A stretch of 64,000 nucleotides of DNA, taken from Mobula hypostoma (Eukaryota). Each line of letters begins with the position of its first letter. Position 1 is the first letter of the stretch. Below, in pieces: positions 52,517 through 64,000 of the stretch. Both the position numbers and the translations under genes were made by a program. The notes beneath the pieces are model-generated. The model did not search any database. It had not been told where the DNA came from and saw nothing but the letters and a program-made list of their open reading frames with translations. The DNA lies in assembly GCF_963921235.1 (NCBI RefSeq), contig NC_086097.1:253830001-253894000 (forward strand). The letters run 5' to 3'.

Positions 52517-53057
52517 GTGGGAATTACAGAGTGTAGACTGATTGTATCGGTCACTGTGTGGGCAATACAGACTATAGACTGATTGTACTGGTCACTCTGT
52601 GGGAATTACAGAGTGTAGACTGATTGTACGGGTAACTGTGTGGGCAATACAGAGTATAGACTGATTGTATCTGTCACTGTGTGGGCAATACAGAGTATAG
52701 ACTGATTGTACCGGTCACTGTGTGGGCAATACACAGTATCGGCTGATTGTACTGGTCACTCTGTGGGCAATACAGAGTGTAGACTGATTGTACTGGTCAC
52801 TGTGTGGGCAATACAGAGTATAGACTGTTGTACTGGTCACTGTGTGGGCAATACAGAGTATAGACTGATTGTACGGGTCACTGTGTGGGCAATACAGAGT
52901 GTAGACTGATTGTACTGGTCACTGTGTGGGCAATACAGAGTATAGACTGATTGTACGGGTCACTCTGTGGGCAATACAGAGTATCGGCTGATTGTACGGT
53001 GACTCTGTGGGAATTTCAGAATAAAGACTGCTTGTATGAGTCACTCTGTGGTGATTT
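52517..53057. repeat. 41-bp minisatellite, about 13 copies
   Basis: Unit gtgggcaatacagagtatagactgattgtactggtcactgt. Confidence 0.95.
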
Positions 53058-53079
53058 CAGGGTTAAGTCTGTTAATCTA

Positions 53080-54075
53080 AATGGCCGTGTGTGTTCTTCA
53101 TGCCGGATGTTGGAATCCGGGGAGACCCAGATTTTCCTGGGGAACTACATCTGTGTGAAGTGCATCCGGCTGCAGCCCCTTGAAGACTGTGTTAGGGATC
53201 TGGAGCAGCAGCTGGATGACCTTTTGCTTTTACTTGAGAGTGAGGACATCGTCGATCAGAACTGCAGGGAAGTAGTCACCCCTCAGTTACAGGAGAGGTA
53301 TAGCAGAGTGACTGCCAGGAGAAGGAATAGCGCGGTGAATGAGCAGTTAGTGAAGAGCACCCTTGTGGCCAATCTCCTCTATAATAAACACACCGTTTGG
53401 ACACTGTTGTGGGGGATGACCTCCCAAGGGAATGCCTTGGAAACCATGTTACTGGCACTGATTACAAGTCTGTTGTGCAAAAGGCAAAGTGGTAGATGAA
53501 TGGAGAGGTAATGATAGGGGCTCAATAGAGGAACAGACAGGAGATTCTGTGGATGTGAACATCTGGGACACCCAGACAGTATGTTGCCTCCCAGGTGCCA
53601 GGGTCAGGGACATCTTGGTTCGGTTCTTCAGCATTTGGGAGAGGGAGGGTGATCACCCAGTTGCTTTGGTACATATTGGTACCAATGACATAGGAAGGAA
53701 AAACAATGAGGTCCTGAAAAGAGAATTTGGAGAGCTAGGTAGGAAGCTGAGAAGCAGGACCTCCAGGGTAGTAATTTCTGGATTGTTGCCTGTGCCACGT
53801 GCCAGTGAGGGTAGAAACAGGATGATTTGGCAGATAAATGTGTGGCTGAGAAGATGGTGCAGGGGGCAGGGTTTCAGGTTCTTGGATCATTAGGATCTCT
53901 TATGGGGGAGGTCTGACCTGTACGGAAGTGACAGGTTGCACTGGAGCTGGAAGGGGACCAATATTCCTGTGGGCAGGTTTGTTAGAGCTGTTACGGAGGG
54001 TTTAAACTAATTTGGCAGGGGGAGTGGAACCATTGTAAAGGCACTCAGGATACGACAGATGGTCAAAAAGCAAAT
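53080..54075 (+). mobile_element. CR1 ORF1 remnant
   Basis: CSSCRM...YICVKCIRLQ, coiled coil, CCLPGARVRD, VHIGTND, VVISGLLPVP. Confidence 0.88.
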
Positions 54076-54079
54076 AAAA

Positions 54080-55085
54080 GACCATAAGACTGGAGCAGAA
54101 TTAGGCCATTCAGCCCATCAAGTCTTCTCCACCATTCCATCATGGCTGATCCCAGATCCCACTCAACGCTAGACATCTGCCTTCTCGCCATATCCTTTGA
54201 CATCCTGACCGATCAGGAAACAATCATCTTCCACCTTAAATATACCCATGGACTTGGCCTCCCCCGCAGTCTGTGTCAGAGCATTCCACTCTCTGGTTAT
54301 AAAAAAAATCCTCCCCTTCTCTGTATAAAAATGTTGCCCCTCAATTTTGAGGCTGTGCCCTCTGGATCTGGATACCCCTCCATAGGAAACATCCTCTCCA
54401 CATCCACCCTATCTAGTCCTTTCAACATTCGCAAACAACAGGAATTCTGCAGACGCTGGAAATTCAAGCAACACACATCAAAGTTGCTGGTGAACGCAGC
54501 AGGCCAGGCAGCATCTCTAGGAAGAGGTACAGTCGACGTTTCAGGCCGAGACCCTTTGTTAGGACTAACTGAAGGAAGAGTTAGTAAGAGATTTGAAAGT
54601 GGGAGGGGGAGGGGGAGATCCAAAATGATAGGAGAAGACAGGAGCGGGAGGGATTTGCCTTTCAACATTCGGTAGGTTGCAAGGAGATCCCCAAATTTCT
54701 TCTATATTCCAGTGAGGCTAGGCTCCAAAGCTGCCAAACGCTCCTCATATGTTAACCCCTTAACTCCCAGAACCATCCTCATGAACCTCTTCTGGACTGT
54801 CTCCAATGACAACACATCCTTTCTGAAATATGAGGCCCAAAACTGTTGACAGTACTCAAAGTGCGGCCTGACTAGTGTCTTATAAAGTCTCAGCATTATC
54901 TTTTTGCTTTTATATTCTATTCCCCTTCAAATAAATGCCAACATTGGATTTGCCTCCTTTCCACAGACTCAATCTGTAAATGAACATTCTGGGAGCCTTG
55001 CTTGAGGACTCTGAACTCTCCCTGTTCCTCCGATGTTGGAACCTTCTCCTGATTTAGATAATAGTCTTCACTATCGTTCCTTTTT
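54080..55085 (-). mobile_element. CR1 3' fragment
   Basis: LRLYKTLVRPHFEYCQQFW; GLDRVDVERMFP. Confidence 0.85.
54432..54657 (-). mobile_element. Penelope terminal fragment with mutated hammerhead
   Basis: Reverse complement of the 47725-47944 region; core reads CUAACAA; 14-bp TSD cctttcaacattcg at 54418-54431 and 54658-54671. Confidence 0.9.
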
Positions 55086-55089
55086 CCAA

Positions 55090-55533
55090 AATTGGGGAGC
55101 ATGCCTTATGAGAATAGATTGAGTGAACTCGGCCTTTTCTCCGTGGAGCGACAGAGGATGAGAGGTGACCTGATAGAGGTGTACAAGATAATGAGAGGCA
55201 TTGATCATGTGGATAGTCAGAGGCTTTTCCCCAGGGCTGAAATGGGCACAAGAGGGCACAGTTTTAAGGTGCTTGGAAGTAGGTACAGAGGAGATATCAG
55301 GGGTAAGTTTCTTTTACGCAGAGAGTGGTGAGTGTGTGGAATGGGCTGCCGGCGATGGTGGTAGAGGTAGATACAATAGGGTCTTTTTAGAGGCTCCTGG
55401 ACAGGTACATTAAAAAAAATAGAGGTCTATGGGTAACCCTAGGTAATTTCTAAAGTAAGGACATGTTCAGCACAGCTTTGTGGGCCAAAGGACTTGTATT
55501 GTGATGTAGTTTTTCTATGTTTCTAAGTTTCTA
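55090..55533 (+). mobile_element. CR1 subfamily D 3' end
   Basis: GSMPYENRLSELGLFS...; tail ttttctatgtttcta. Confidence 0.9.
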
Positions 55534-56189
55534 AAATGCATTATCATACAATTCTCAACACTGTGTTCCATCTGACACATTTTTTGCCCATTCTTCCAAT
55601 GTGTCTAAGTCCTGCTGTAATCGCATTGCTTCCTCAGCACTACCTACCCCTCCACCTATCTTTGTATCATCCAAAAACTTTGCACAAAGCCGACAATTTC
55701 ATTATCCAAATTATTTACGAACAGTGTGAATGGCCCCTTTTATTCCCACTTCCTGTCAGTCATTCCTCTATCCATGTCAGCATCTTTCCTGTAATGCTGT
55801 AGCATTTTACTTTGTTAAGCAGCCTCATGTGTGGCACCATCTCAAACACCTTCTGAAAATCTAAGTAAATGACATCCACTTCCTCTCCTTTGTCCACCCT
55901 GTTTGTTACTTCCTCAAAGAACTCTAACAGATTCTTCAGTCAAGATTTCCCTTTACAGAAACCATGCTGACTTTGACATACCACCTGATGACATCTGCTC
56001 CTGGCTGAAGGCTACGGTTACCTTATAAGGTAACTGGAGAATGCACCCTAACAGGTGTATGTAACAAGTAATTTCTGGTTTGTACCAGTGTCTTCTGGGA
56101 AAGACTGGATGGCGACCGAGGAAGGTTGGTGACGCTGGAGAGACAGCTGACCTCCAGGAAAGACTGGCACGAGCTCACAAGGCTAGCAA

Positions 56190-59100
56190 AAAGTCTGCAA
56201 AAACATCAGAGGGCTCAAGATACACCAGAGCAGGTCTAGATGTGGATCAATGGTGACCCAAGTGCAGCGCACGGACTTGGTGTCCGGTGAGACGAAGGAG
56301 AATTCCAGCCAGGAAGCACCCCACAGAGCTGAAGATCTCTCCGCTCTTGAGTCACCTCAGCACCGAACAACAGACCAAGTGAGTTCCTCTTCGGCTATCC
56401 CAATCCATTCGTCAAGGAAAGACAGGATCAAATGGCCCAGATCGTCAGACAACGTTGCCTGAATGCAGTTCGATGATGATCTAGACGGCATCCTGGAAGT
56501 TGCCTTAGCAGGTCCAGTACACAGAAAGATCGACTCACTCACGGCCATAGCGTACAATCTAGCTAAGGAACGATCTGGCCCAGTGGAGTGGAGAAGCCAA
56601 CCCGAGTTACCGTGACAACCAAATAGGAGGGAAACTGAGATTCGTCCCTTGAGAAGCGAATTAAAGGTGCTCAACAAGAGGTTTAAAACCAGCTCACCGG
56701 CCGAAAAAGAAGGTATCAAGGACTTAACCATGGTGCTGTGGGAAAAGCTGTGCAAACTCCGGAGGGCGGAACATCTGCGACAGCAAAGAAGGAAGAAAGA
56801 GAAAAGGCGAGCGCAGTTTGTGAGAGAACCATTCAGCTTCACCAGGACTCTTCTCGGACAACAAAATCTGGTATACTATCCAGTTCGAAACCAGAGGTAA
56901 AGGAGTTCCTGCGGGAGGCACACAGCGACCCACGGAGGGGTCAGGGACTAGGAACCAATCGGGCTCTGCGTAGACCGGAAAATCCATCAATTGAGCTGAA
57001 CGTGAAGAAGCCTACATGGCAGGAAATCCAGGACATCATCCGGAAAGCTAAAGCACCAGCTGCCCCAGGCCCAAGCGGCATACCTGATAAGGTGTATAAG
57101 AAATGCCCAAAGCTTCTTCGGAAGCTGTGGAAGGTCATGAGAAAGATCTGAGTCAAAGGTACTATTCCATCAAGTTGGAAATTAGCAGAGGGATGCTTTA
57201 TTCCAAAGGAAGAAGTTTCTTCCACTATTGCCCAGTTTAGGACAATTTCTCCCCTGGATGTGGAATGTAAGATTTTCTTTTCTGTGCTCGCAAGAAGGTT
57301 GACTTCTTACATGACACAGAACCGCTATATCAACACATTCATCCAGAAAGGCGGTATTCCAGGCTTTTCGGGGTGTCTGGAACACACCTCAATGATTAGC
57401 CATTTGATTCGTGAGGCCAAGCAGAAAAAAGGCGATCTAACAGTTGTCTGGTTAGACCACGTGAACGCCTACGGATCTATTCCACATGACCTCATCCTAG
57501 AAGGACTCGACCACTACTACATCCCAGTGGCTATTCGAGACATGATCACCAGCTACCTAGGAGGATTCAAACTCAGATTTACATCAGCCCGTTTCACAAC
57601 TAGTTGGCAGGACCTCCAGAAGGGGATTCCAACAGAGTGCACCATCTCCCCCACCCTATCTATTATGGGAATGAACCTCCTATTATCAGCAGCAGAAGAT
57701 GTAACCCGTGGCCTGATGCTGGAGTCAGGCATTGTTCAGCCGGCTCTACGAGGGTTCATGGACGACATCACTATAATAACTGTGTCACATGTCCAAGCAA
57801 GATGGGTATTGGAAACCCTGGGTAATGTAGCCACTTGGGCGAGGATGTCCTTCAAGGCCAAGAAGTCCAGGTGCATGGTGATCAGAAAGGGCAAAGTTAC
57901 TAGCAAGTTTAGCCTCCAGGTTCAGGGTGAGGTCATCGCTTCCATCGAAAATAACCCAATAAAATGCTTGGGGAAGTGGTTTAATGTGTCATTGACAGAT
58001 GGGGCCAATGTCACCAATACTGTGAAGCAGACAGATGAATGGCTGAAGAAGATCGACAAATCCAGACTTCCGGGTAAATTCAAGACCTGGCTGTACCAAT
58101 ACGGCCTTCTGCCCAGGCTTCTCTGGCTCTTCACACTTCATGAGTTCCCCATAACTGCCGTAGAGGGCACCGAGAGGAAAACCAACAAGCACCCGCAGAG
58201 ATGGTTGGGAGTTCCCCCAAGTTTCTCTTCAGTGGGCCTCTACATTCGTTCTGGGCAACTGCAGCTTCCCCTGTCATCTCTTGTGGAGGAATTCAAGGTG
58301 GCAAAATACAGAGCCTTATTAAGCTTGAGAGATTCCAATGACGTCTTGGTAAAACAAGCAGGCGTTACGACCAGATCTGGGCGCAAGTGGGCAGCCAACG
58401 CAGCTGTGGAGGAGGCAGTTTGTTCTCTGAAGCTGCGAAATTTCATCGGCAACCCCTGTGTCGGGCGGCAAGGCCTCGGCTCAGTTCACTTCCAGAAGTT
58501 GGGAAACGCAAGCATAAGGAGCAGGCGAGACATGGTACAAGCAGAAGTACAGATCCGTGAGGAAGAGAAGCGGATTTCAAAGGCAGTGGAACAAGGGTCC
58601 CAGGGTGCCTGGACAAAATGGGACCTGCCTAAGCGCAAGATCTCATGGGCAGAGTTCTGGAGACTGAAGCCCTTCCGTATTTCCTTCCTCTTGCGATCCG
58701 TGTATGACACCCTTCCTTCATCATTACATCTGTACACATGGGGGATGAGAGAGGACCCGAACTGTAAGCTCTGTGGTCAAAAGGGCACACTGGCTCATAT
58801 ACTTTCCGGGTGTAAAACAGCTCTAACTCAAGGACGGTGTAGGTGGCGCCATGATAAGGTGCTTCTGGCTCTTGCTGACACACTAGAGCGGGAGAGATGC
58901 AAAAAAAGGACGCTGGCACAGATTTGAGGAAAGCCATCACCTTGATCAAAGAGGGAGCTAGGCCCTTCATAACCAAACAACCAAAGCCCAATCTGCTGCT
59001 AATGGCCAGGTCCTGGGAGGTGAGGGTCGACGTGGGAAGGAGGCTGCAGTCCCCGGATGTGGTGCACACAACCCTACGCCCGGACATTGTAATGTGGTCA

Positions 59101-59430
59101 ACGGAAGACAAGAAAATAATTCTGGTTGAGCTGACTGTGCCGTGGTAGGAGAGATGGGAACAGGCCCACGAGAGAAAGGCCTTGAAGTACCAGCCCTTAC
59201 TGCAGGAGTGTAAAGACAAGGGATGGCAGGCATGGTTGTTCCCTGTGGAGATCGGCTGCAGAGGTTTCCCAGCCAAATCAGCATGACGGTTGTTGTCAGA
59301 TCTGGGCCTGGACGAAAGGAGCAAAAAACAAGCAGCTCGTAGGATGGGGGAAGAGGCAGAACAAGCCTCTTGTTGGATTTGGAGTAGGTGAGAGGAGGGG
59401 AGCTGGAAGCCAGGAGCAGACGGGCAGTGA
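56190..59430 (+). pseudogene. Disrupted single ORF of the HERO-like element (ZF-RT-CCHC-RLE)
   Basis: ORF pieces 56250-56462, 56649-56900, 56738-57151, 57260-58927 and 58897-59148 are separated by stops and frameshifts; likely original stop TGA at 59428-59430. Confidence 0.85.
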
Positions 59431-59452
59431 TTTGGCCACCACTGCCAGCCCA

Positions 59453-59521
59453 CCAACTGGAGAGTGTCGTGGTTAAGGGTCAAAACACTCGGTGAAGGTT
59501 GGGAACCACCTGATGACATCT
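59453..59521 (+). ncRNA. Candidate strand-permuted hammerhead ribozyme with kink-turn (G12A in this copy)
   Basis: Stem III GAGUGU/ACACUC, GUC triplet, stem I GUGGUU/AACCAC followed directly by CUGAUGA; AAAAC in place of GAAAC. Folded by eye only. Confidence 0.55.
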
Positions 59522-59796
59522 GCTCCTGGCTGAACGCTACGGTTACCTTATAAGGTAACTGGAGAGTGCACCCTAACAGGTGTATGTAACAAGTCTCCAA
59601 GTACCCTGAAACCTCATCCTAAATAATAGACTCAAACACTTTCCCAACCACTGAGGTTAGATTAACTGTACTATAAGTTCCTTTCTTTTTGCCTGCCTCA
59701 CTTTTAAAGAGTGCAGTGACATTTGGAATCTTCCAGTCCATTGGGACCATACCAGAATCAAGTGATATCTGTAGGATCATGTCCAATGCATCCATT

Positions 59797-60498
59797 GATG
59801 ATGCAATGAGTGGAGGAGAAGATGGTGGCGCAACACAGCGCGCGCAGCCGCTCCGAAATGATATCGTATGTGTTAAGTAGGGGCCGTGCACAATCCTGAT
59901 TTGATGGAGACAGACGTGAGAAGCACGGAGGAACACCTGGAGAAACTTCTGAAATGCCCGCTTCGCTGCCGCTGCCACTGTGTGATCGAGAATCTCCGGA
60001 GGGGAAGGCCCCAAATCCTCGGCTTTGCCTATTGCCTGTTGCCGGGGCCCGGGTCGAAGCACTCGGCAGAGATGGTGCTCGGTGCTCGGTGTCGGAGGGC
60101 TGGTCAGAGGCTCGAAGTTTTCGGACGGACTCGGAGTCGCCTGTGGTTGGGTGTTTCCACGGTGCTGCATCGGCAAGTTTGCAGTGCTGGAAGCTCATGG
60201 CAGGAAGAGTTTTTTTTCTTCCTTCTACCGTCCGCGTGAGATGATGGGACTTTCGAGAGACTTTGAGACTTTTTTTTTACTGTGCCCATGGTCTGTTATT
60301 CATCAAATTACAGTATTGCTTTGTACTGTTGTAACTATATGTTATAATTATGTGGTTTTTGTCAGTTTTTCAGTCGGTTTGTCTTGTGTTTCTGTGATAT
60401 TATTCTGGAGGAACATTGTATCATTTCTTAATGCATGCATTACTAAATGACAATAAAAGAGGACTGCGTGTCCTCATAATCTAATCTAATCTAATCTA
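59797..60498 (+). mobile_element. Non-coding non-autonomous retroelement, copy 2
   Basis: Begins near gaagatggtggcg, CpG-rich, ends aatgacaataaaagaggactgcgtgtcctcat plus (AATCT)n; splits a minus-strand CR1 fragment. Confidence 0.8.
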
Positions 60499-60524
60499 TT
60501 TATCTCTTCAACAACCTCTCTCAG

Positions 60525-63315
60525 GGAGGGTGGAAGAAAGCTAATGACAGTTATGTACAGACCTCCCAGCAGTAGCTGGGATGTGGACCACAGATTACAC
60601 TGGGAAATAGAAAAGACTTGTCAAAAAAGCAATGTGATTATAGTCATGGGAGATTTCAACATGCAGGTCAATTGGGAAAACCACGTTGGAAATGGATCCC
60701 AGGAGAGTGAGTTTGTTGCATGCCTACAAGATGACATTTTAGAACAGTTTGTTGTTGAGCCTACTGGAGGATCGGCTGTACTGGATTGGGTGTTATGTAA
60801 TGAACCAGAGATAATTAAGGAGCTTAAGGTAAAAGAACCCTGAGACAGTGATCACAATATGATTGAGTTCAACTTGCGATTTGATGGGGAGAAAGTAAAG
60901 TCTGATGTAGCAGTATTTCAGTGGAGTAAGGGAAGTTACGGTGGTATGAGAGAGGAGTTGGCCAAAGTAAATTGGAAGGAGATGCTGGCAGGGATGTCAG
61001 CAGAGCAGCAATGGAAAACTGAGGAAGGTGCAGGATAGATGTATTCCAAAAACAAAGAAATACTCAAATGGCAAAATAGTACAACCGTAGCTGACAGGGG
61101 ATATCAAAGCTAATGTAAAAGCAAAAGAGAGGGCACCCAACAAAGCAAAAATTAGCAGGCAGATAGAGAATTGGGGTCTTTTATCAACCTACAGAGAGTA
61201 ACAAAAAGAATCATTCGGAGGGAAGATATGAAATATTAAAGCAAGGTAGCAAACAATATCAAAGTAGATCAGAAAATCTTTTTTCAAGTATGTAAAAAAT
61301 AGATAGATGAGAGTGGATATAGGACCGCCAGAAAATGAGGCCAGAGAAATAACAGCAGTGGTAAAAGAGATGGCAGATGATCTAAATGACTATTTTGCTT
61401 CAGTCTTCCCTGTGGAAGATTCCGGCAGTGTGCCAGATGTTGAAGGGTATGAGGGAAGAGAAATAAGTGTAGTTACTATTACAAGGGATAAGGTGATCAA
61501 AAAGCTGAAAGACTACGTAATGGCTACGTAGTCACCCAGACCAGATGAACTGCACCCTAGGGTTCTGAAAGAGGTGGCAGTAGAGATTGTGGAGGCATCG
61601 GAAATTATCTTTCAAAAATCATTGGACTCTGGCATGGTGTCAGAGGACTGGAAAACTGCAAATGTCACTCTACTCTTAAAGAAAGGAGGAAGGCAGCAGA
61701 AAGGAAATTATAGACCAGTTAGCCTGACCTCAGTGGTTGGGAAGATGTTGGAGTCAATTGTGAAGGATGAGGTTGTGGAGTACTTGGTGACACAGGACAA
61801 GATAGTACAAAGTCAGCAAGATTTTCCTTAAGGGAAAATCTTGTCTGATGAACCTGTTGGAATTCTTTGAGGAGATTACAAGTAGGATGGATAAAGGCTG
61901 TTCGCAAGGATGAAAGTGTTATCATATGAGGAATGTTTGATGTCTTTGGGTCTGGAATTTAGAAGAATGAGGGGAAGGGGATCTCATTGAAACCCTTCAA
62001 ATGTTGGAAGGTCCTAGACAGAGTAGATGTGGAAAAATGTTTCCCATGGTCGGAGAGTCTAGGACAAGGGGGCACAACCTCAGGATAGAAACATAGAAAC
62101 ATAGAAACATAGAAAATAGGTGCAGGAGTAGGCCATTCGGCCCTTCGAGCCTGCACCGCCATTTATTATGATCATGGCTGATCATCCAACTCAGAACCCA
62201 GCCTTCCCTCCATATCCCCTGACCCCTGTAGCCACAAGGGCCATATCTAACTTCCTTTTAAACATAGCTAATGAACTGGCCTCAACAGTTTGCTGTGGCA
62301 GAGAATTCCACAGATTCACCACTCTCTGTGTGAAGAAGTTTTTCCTAATCTCGGTCCTAAAAGGCTTCCCCTCTATCCTCAAACTGTGACCCCTCGTTCT
62401 AGACCTCCCCAACATCGGGAACAATCTTCCCGCATCTAGCCTGTCCAATCCCTTTAGGATCTTATACGTTTCAATCAGATCCCCCCTCAATCTTCTAAAT
62501 TCCAACGAGTACAAGCCCAGTTCATCCAGTCTTTCTTCATATGAAAGACCTGCCATCCCAGGAATCAATCTGGTGAACCTTCTTTGTACTCCCTCTATGG
62601 CAAGGATGTCTTTCCTCAGATTAGGGGACCAAAACTGCACACAATACTCCAGGTGTGGTCTCACCAAGGCCTTGTACAACTGCAGTAGTACCTCCCTGCT
62701 CCTGTACTCGAATCCTCTCGCTATAAATGCCAGCATACCGTTCGCCTTTTTCACCGCCTGCTGTACCTGCATGCCCACTTTCAATGACTGGTGTATAATG
62801 ACACCCAGGTCTCGTTGCACCTCCCCTTTTCCTAATCGGCCACCATTCAGATAATAATCTGTTTTCCTATTTTTGCCACCAAAGTGGATAACTTCACATT
62901 TATCCACATTAAATTGCATCTGCCATGAGTTTGCCCACTCACCCAACCTATCCAAGTCACCCTGCATCCTCTTAGCATCCTCCTCACTGCTAACACTGCC
63001 GCCCAGCTTCGTGTCATCCGCAAACTTGGAGATGCTGCATTTAATTCCCTCATCCAAGTCATTAATATATATTGTAGAGGGGCGTCCATTTAAAACAGAG
63101 ATATGGAGAAATTTCTTTAGCCAAAGGGTGGTGAATTTGTGGAATTTGTTGTCACATGCAGCTGTGGAGGCCACGTCGTTGGGTGTATTTAAGGCAGGGA
63201 TTGATAGGTTCTTGATTGGACATGGCATCAAAGGTTACGGGGAGAAGGCCGGGGTGTGGGGCTTAGAGGGAATAAAAGGATCAGCCATGATGGGCCAAAT
63301 GGCCTAATTCTTATG
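60525..63315 (+). mobile_element. Old CR1 (EN, RT, 3' end) interrupted by CR1-C
   Basis: [19 protein letters not shown]; the 3' part resumes at about 63075. Confidence 0.85.
62086..63078 (-). mobile_element. CR1 subfamily C copy 2
   Basis: Closely similar to 10601-11590; (TAGAAACA)n tail; taga shared at both junctions. Confidence 0.95.
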
Positions 63316-63450
63316 AAATGCACACTTCACTGGTTGGGGAAAGAAGCGGAGAGGCTAAGGTTGAGCACAAGGTGTGGGCGAGAGCAGTCGAAATCCAACC
63401 ACAAACCCAGGAATGTAAACAATAAATAGTCATGGCCTGAAGGAAGCCAA

Positions 63451-63694
63451 CGCTCTGAAAATAGGCTGCAGAAAGCTGAAACTCTGAAATCAGGCTTTGA
63501 AGAGGTCCTACACTCTGAAACCAGGCCCTGAAGAAGGCCTACACTCTGAACCAGCATGCAAAAAAGGCTTACATTATGAAACCAGGCCCTGAAGAAGGCC
63601 TACACTCTGAACCAGCGTGCGAAAAAGGCCTACATTATGAAACCAGGCTGCAAAAAGTTGAAACTCTGAAACCAGGCTATGAAGGAGGCCTACA
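63451..63694. repeat. Diverged 30-31-bp tandem repeat, about 8 copies
   Basis: Variants of actctgaaaccaggccctgaagaaggcctac. Confidence 0.85.
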
Positions 63695-63696
63695 TC

Positions 63697-64000
63697 AGAC
63701 CATAAGATGTAGGAGCAAGATTTGGCCTGTCCTGTCTGCTCTGCATTTCATCATGGCTAATTCATTTTTCCTCTCAATACCAATCACCTGCCTAGTCTCC
63801 TTCTCCCTTCATGCTCTGACTAATCAAGAATCTATCAACCCCTAACTTAAGTATACCCAGTGACTTGGCCTCAACAGCCACCTGTGGCAATGAATTCCAA
63901 GGTTCACCACACTGTTGCTGAAGAAATTCCTTCTCATCTCCATTCTGATAGGACATCTCTCTATTCTACAGCTGTGCCCTTTGGTCTTAGAGTCTCCCAT
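63697..64000 (-). mobile_element. CR1 3' end
   Basis: gaccataagatgtaggagca tail; tgtggcaatgaattcca...ttcaccac. Confidence 0.8.

Larger units (their letters stand above)
55980..59594 (+). mobile_element. HERO-like RLE-type (R2-group) non-LTR retrotransposon, near full length, with 90-bp terminal direct repeats
   Basis: N-terminal Zn-finger remnant CKNIRGLKIHQ; RT motifs APGPSGIP, QKGGIPGFSGCLEH, VWLDxxNAYGSIPH, FMDD; CCHC knuckle CKLC..TLAHILSGC; RWRHDKVL; RLE motifs RPDIV..IILVELTVPW, RKALKY, PVEIGCRGF. Confidence 0.9.

Noticed and set aside
55980..56069. 90-bp repeat as a TSD or a true retroviral LTR
   Set aside because: It is unrelated to the flanking CR1 target, lacks TG...CA ends, PBS and PPT, and the element encodes an RLE rather than an integrase.
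62191..63231. 346-aa RT ORF as an intact gene
   Set aside because: The N-terminus is antisense host CR1 fused to a truncated CR1-C RT.

Overview
Eukaryotic, almost entirely repeat-derived DNA. The mix of CR1, Rex1, L2, L1, Penelope, Gypsy and V-domain tRNA SINEs points to a cartilaginous fish such as a ray or shark (inference). I recognise no intact host gene; nearly all ORFs in the track are retroelement fragments, their antisense shadows or microsatellite artefacts. The window is a nested transposon graveyard: many CR1 copies from at least four subfamilies, two decayed Gypsy elements, two solo LTRs with 5-bp TSDs, two L1-type copies (one with a 5' inversion), Penelope ends carrying minimal hammerhead ribozymes, hAT and Tc1 derivatives, and several minisatellites. 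The most striking object is a HERO-like RLE non-LTR retrotransposon (55980-59594). It is bounded by a 90-bp terminal direct repeat, and its 3' UTR can be folded by eye into a hammerhead-ribozyme core with non-canonical strand order, closed by a kink-turn. Coordinates are read by eye and are approximate unless a TSD or terminal motif is quoted.
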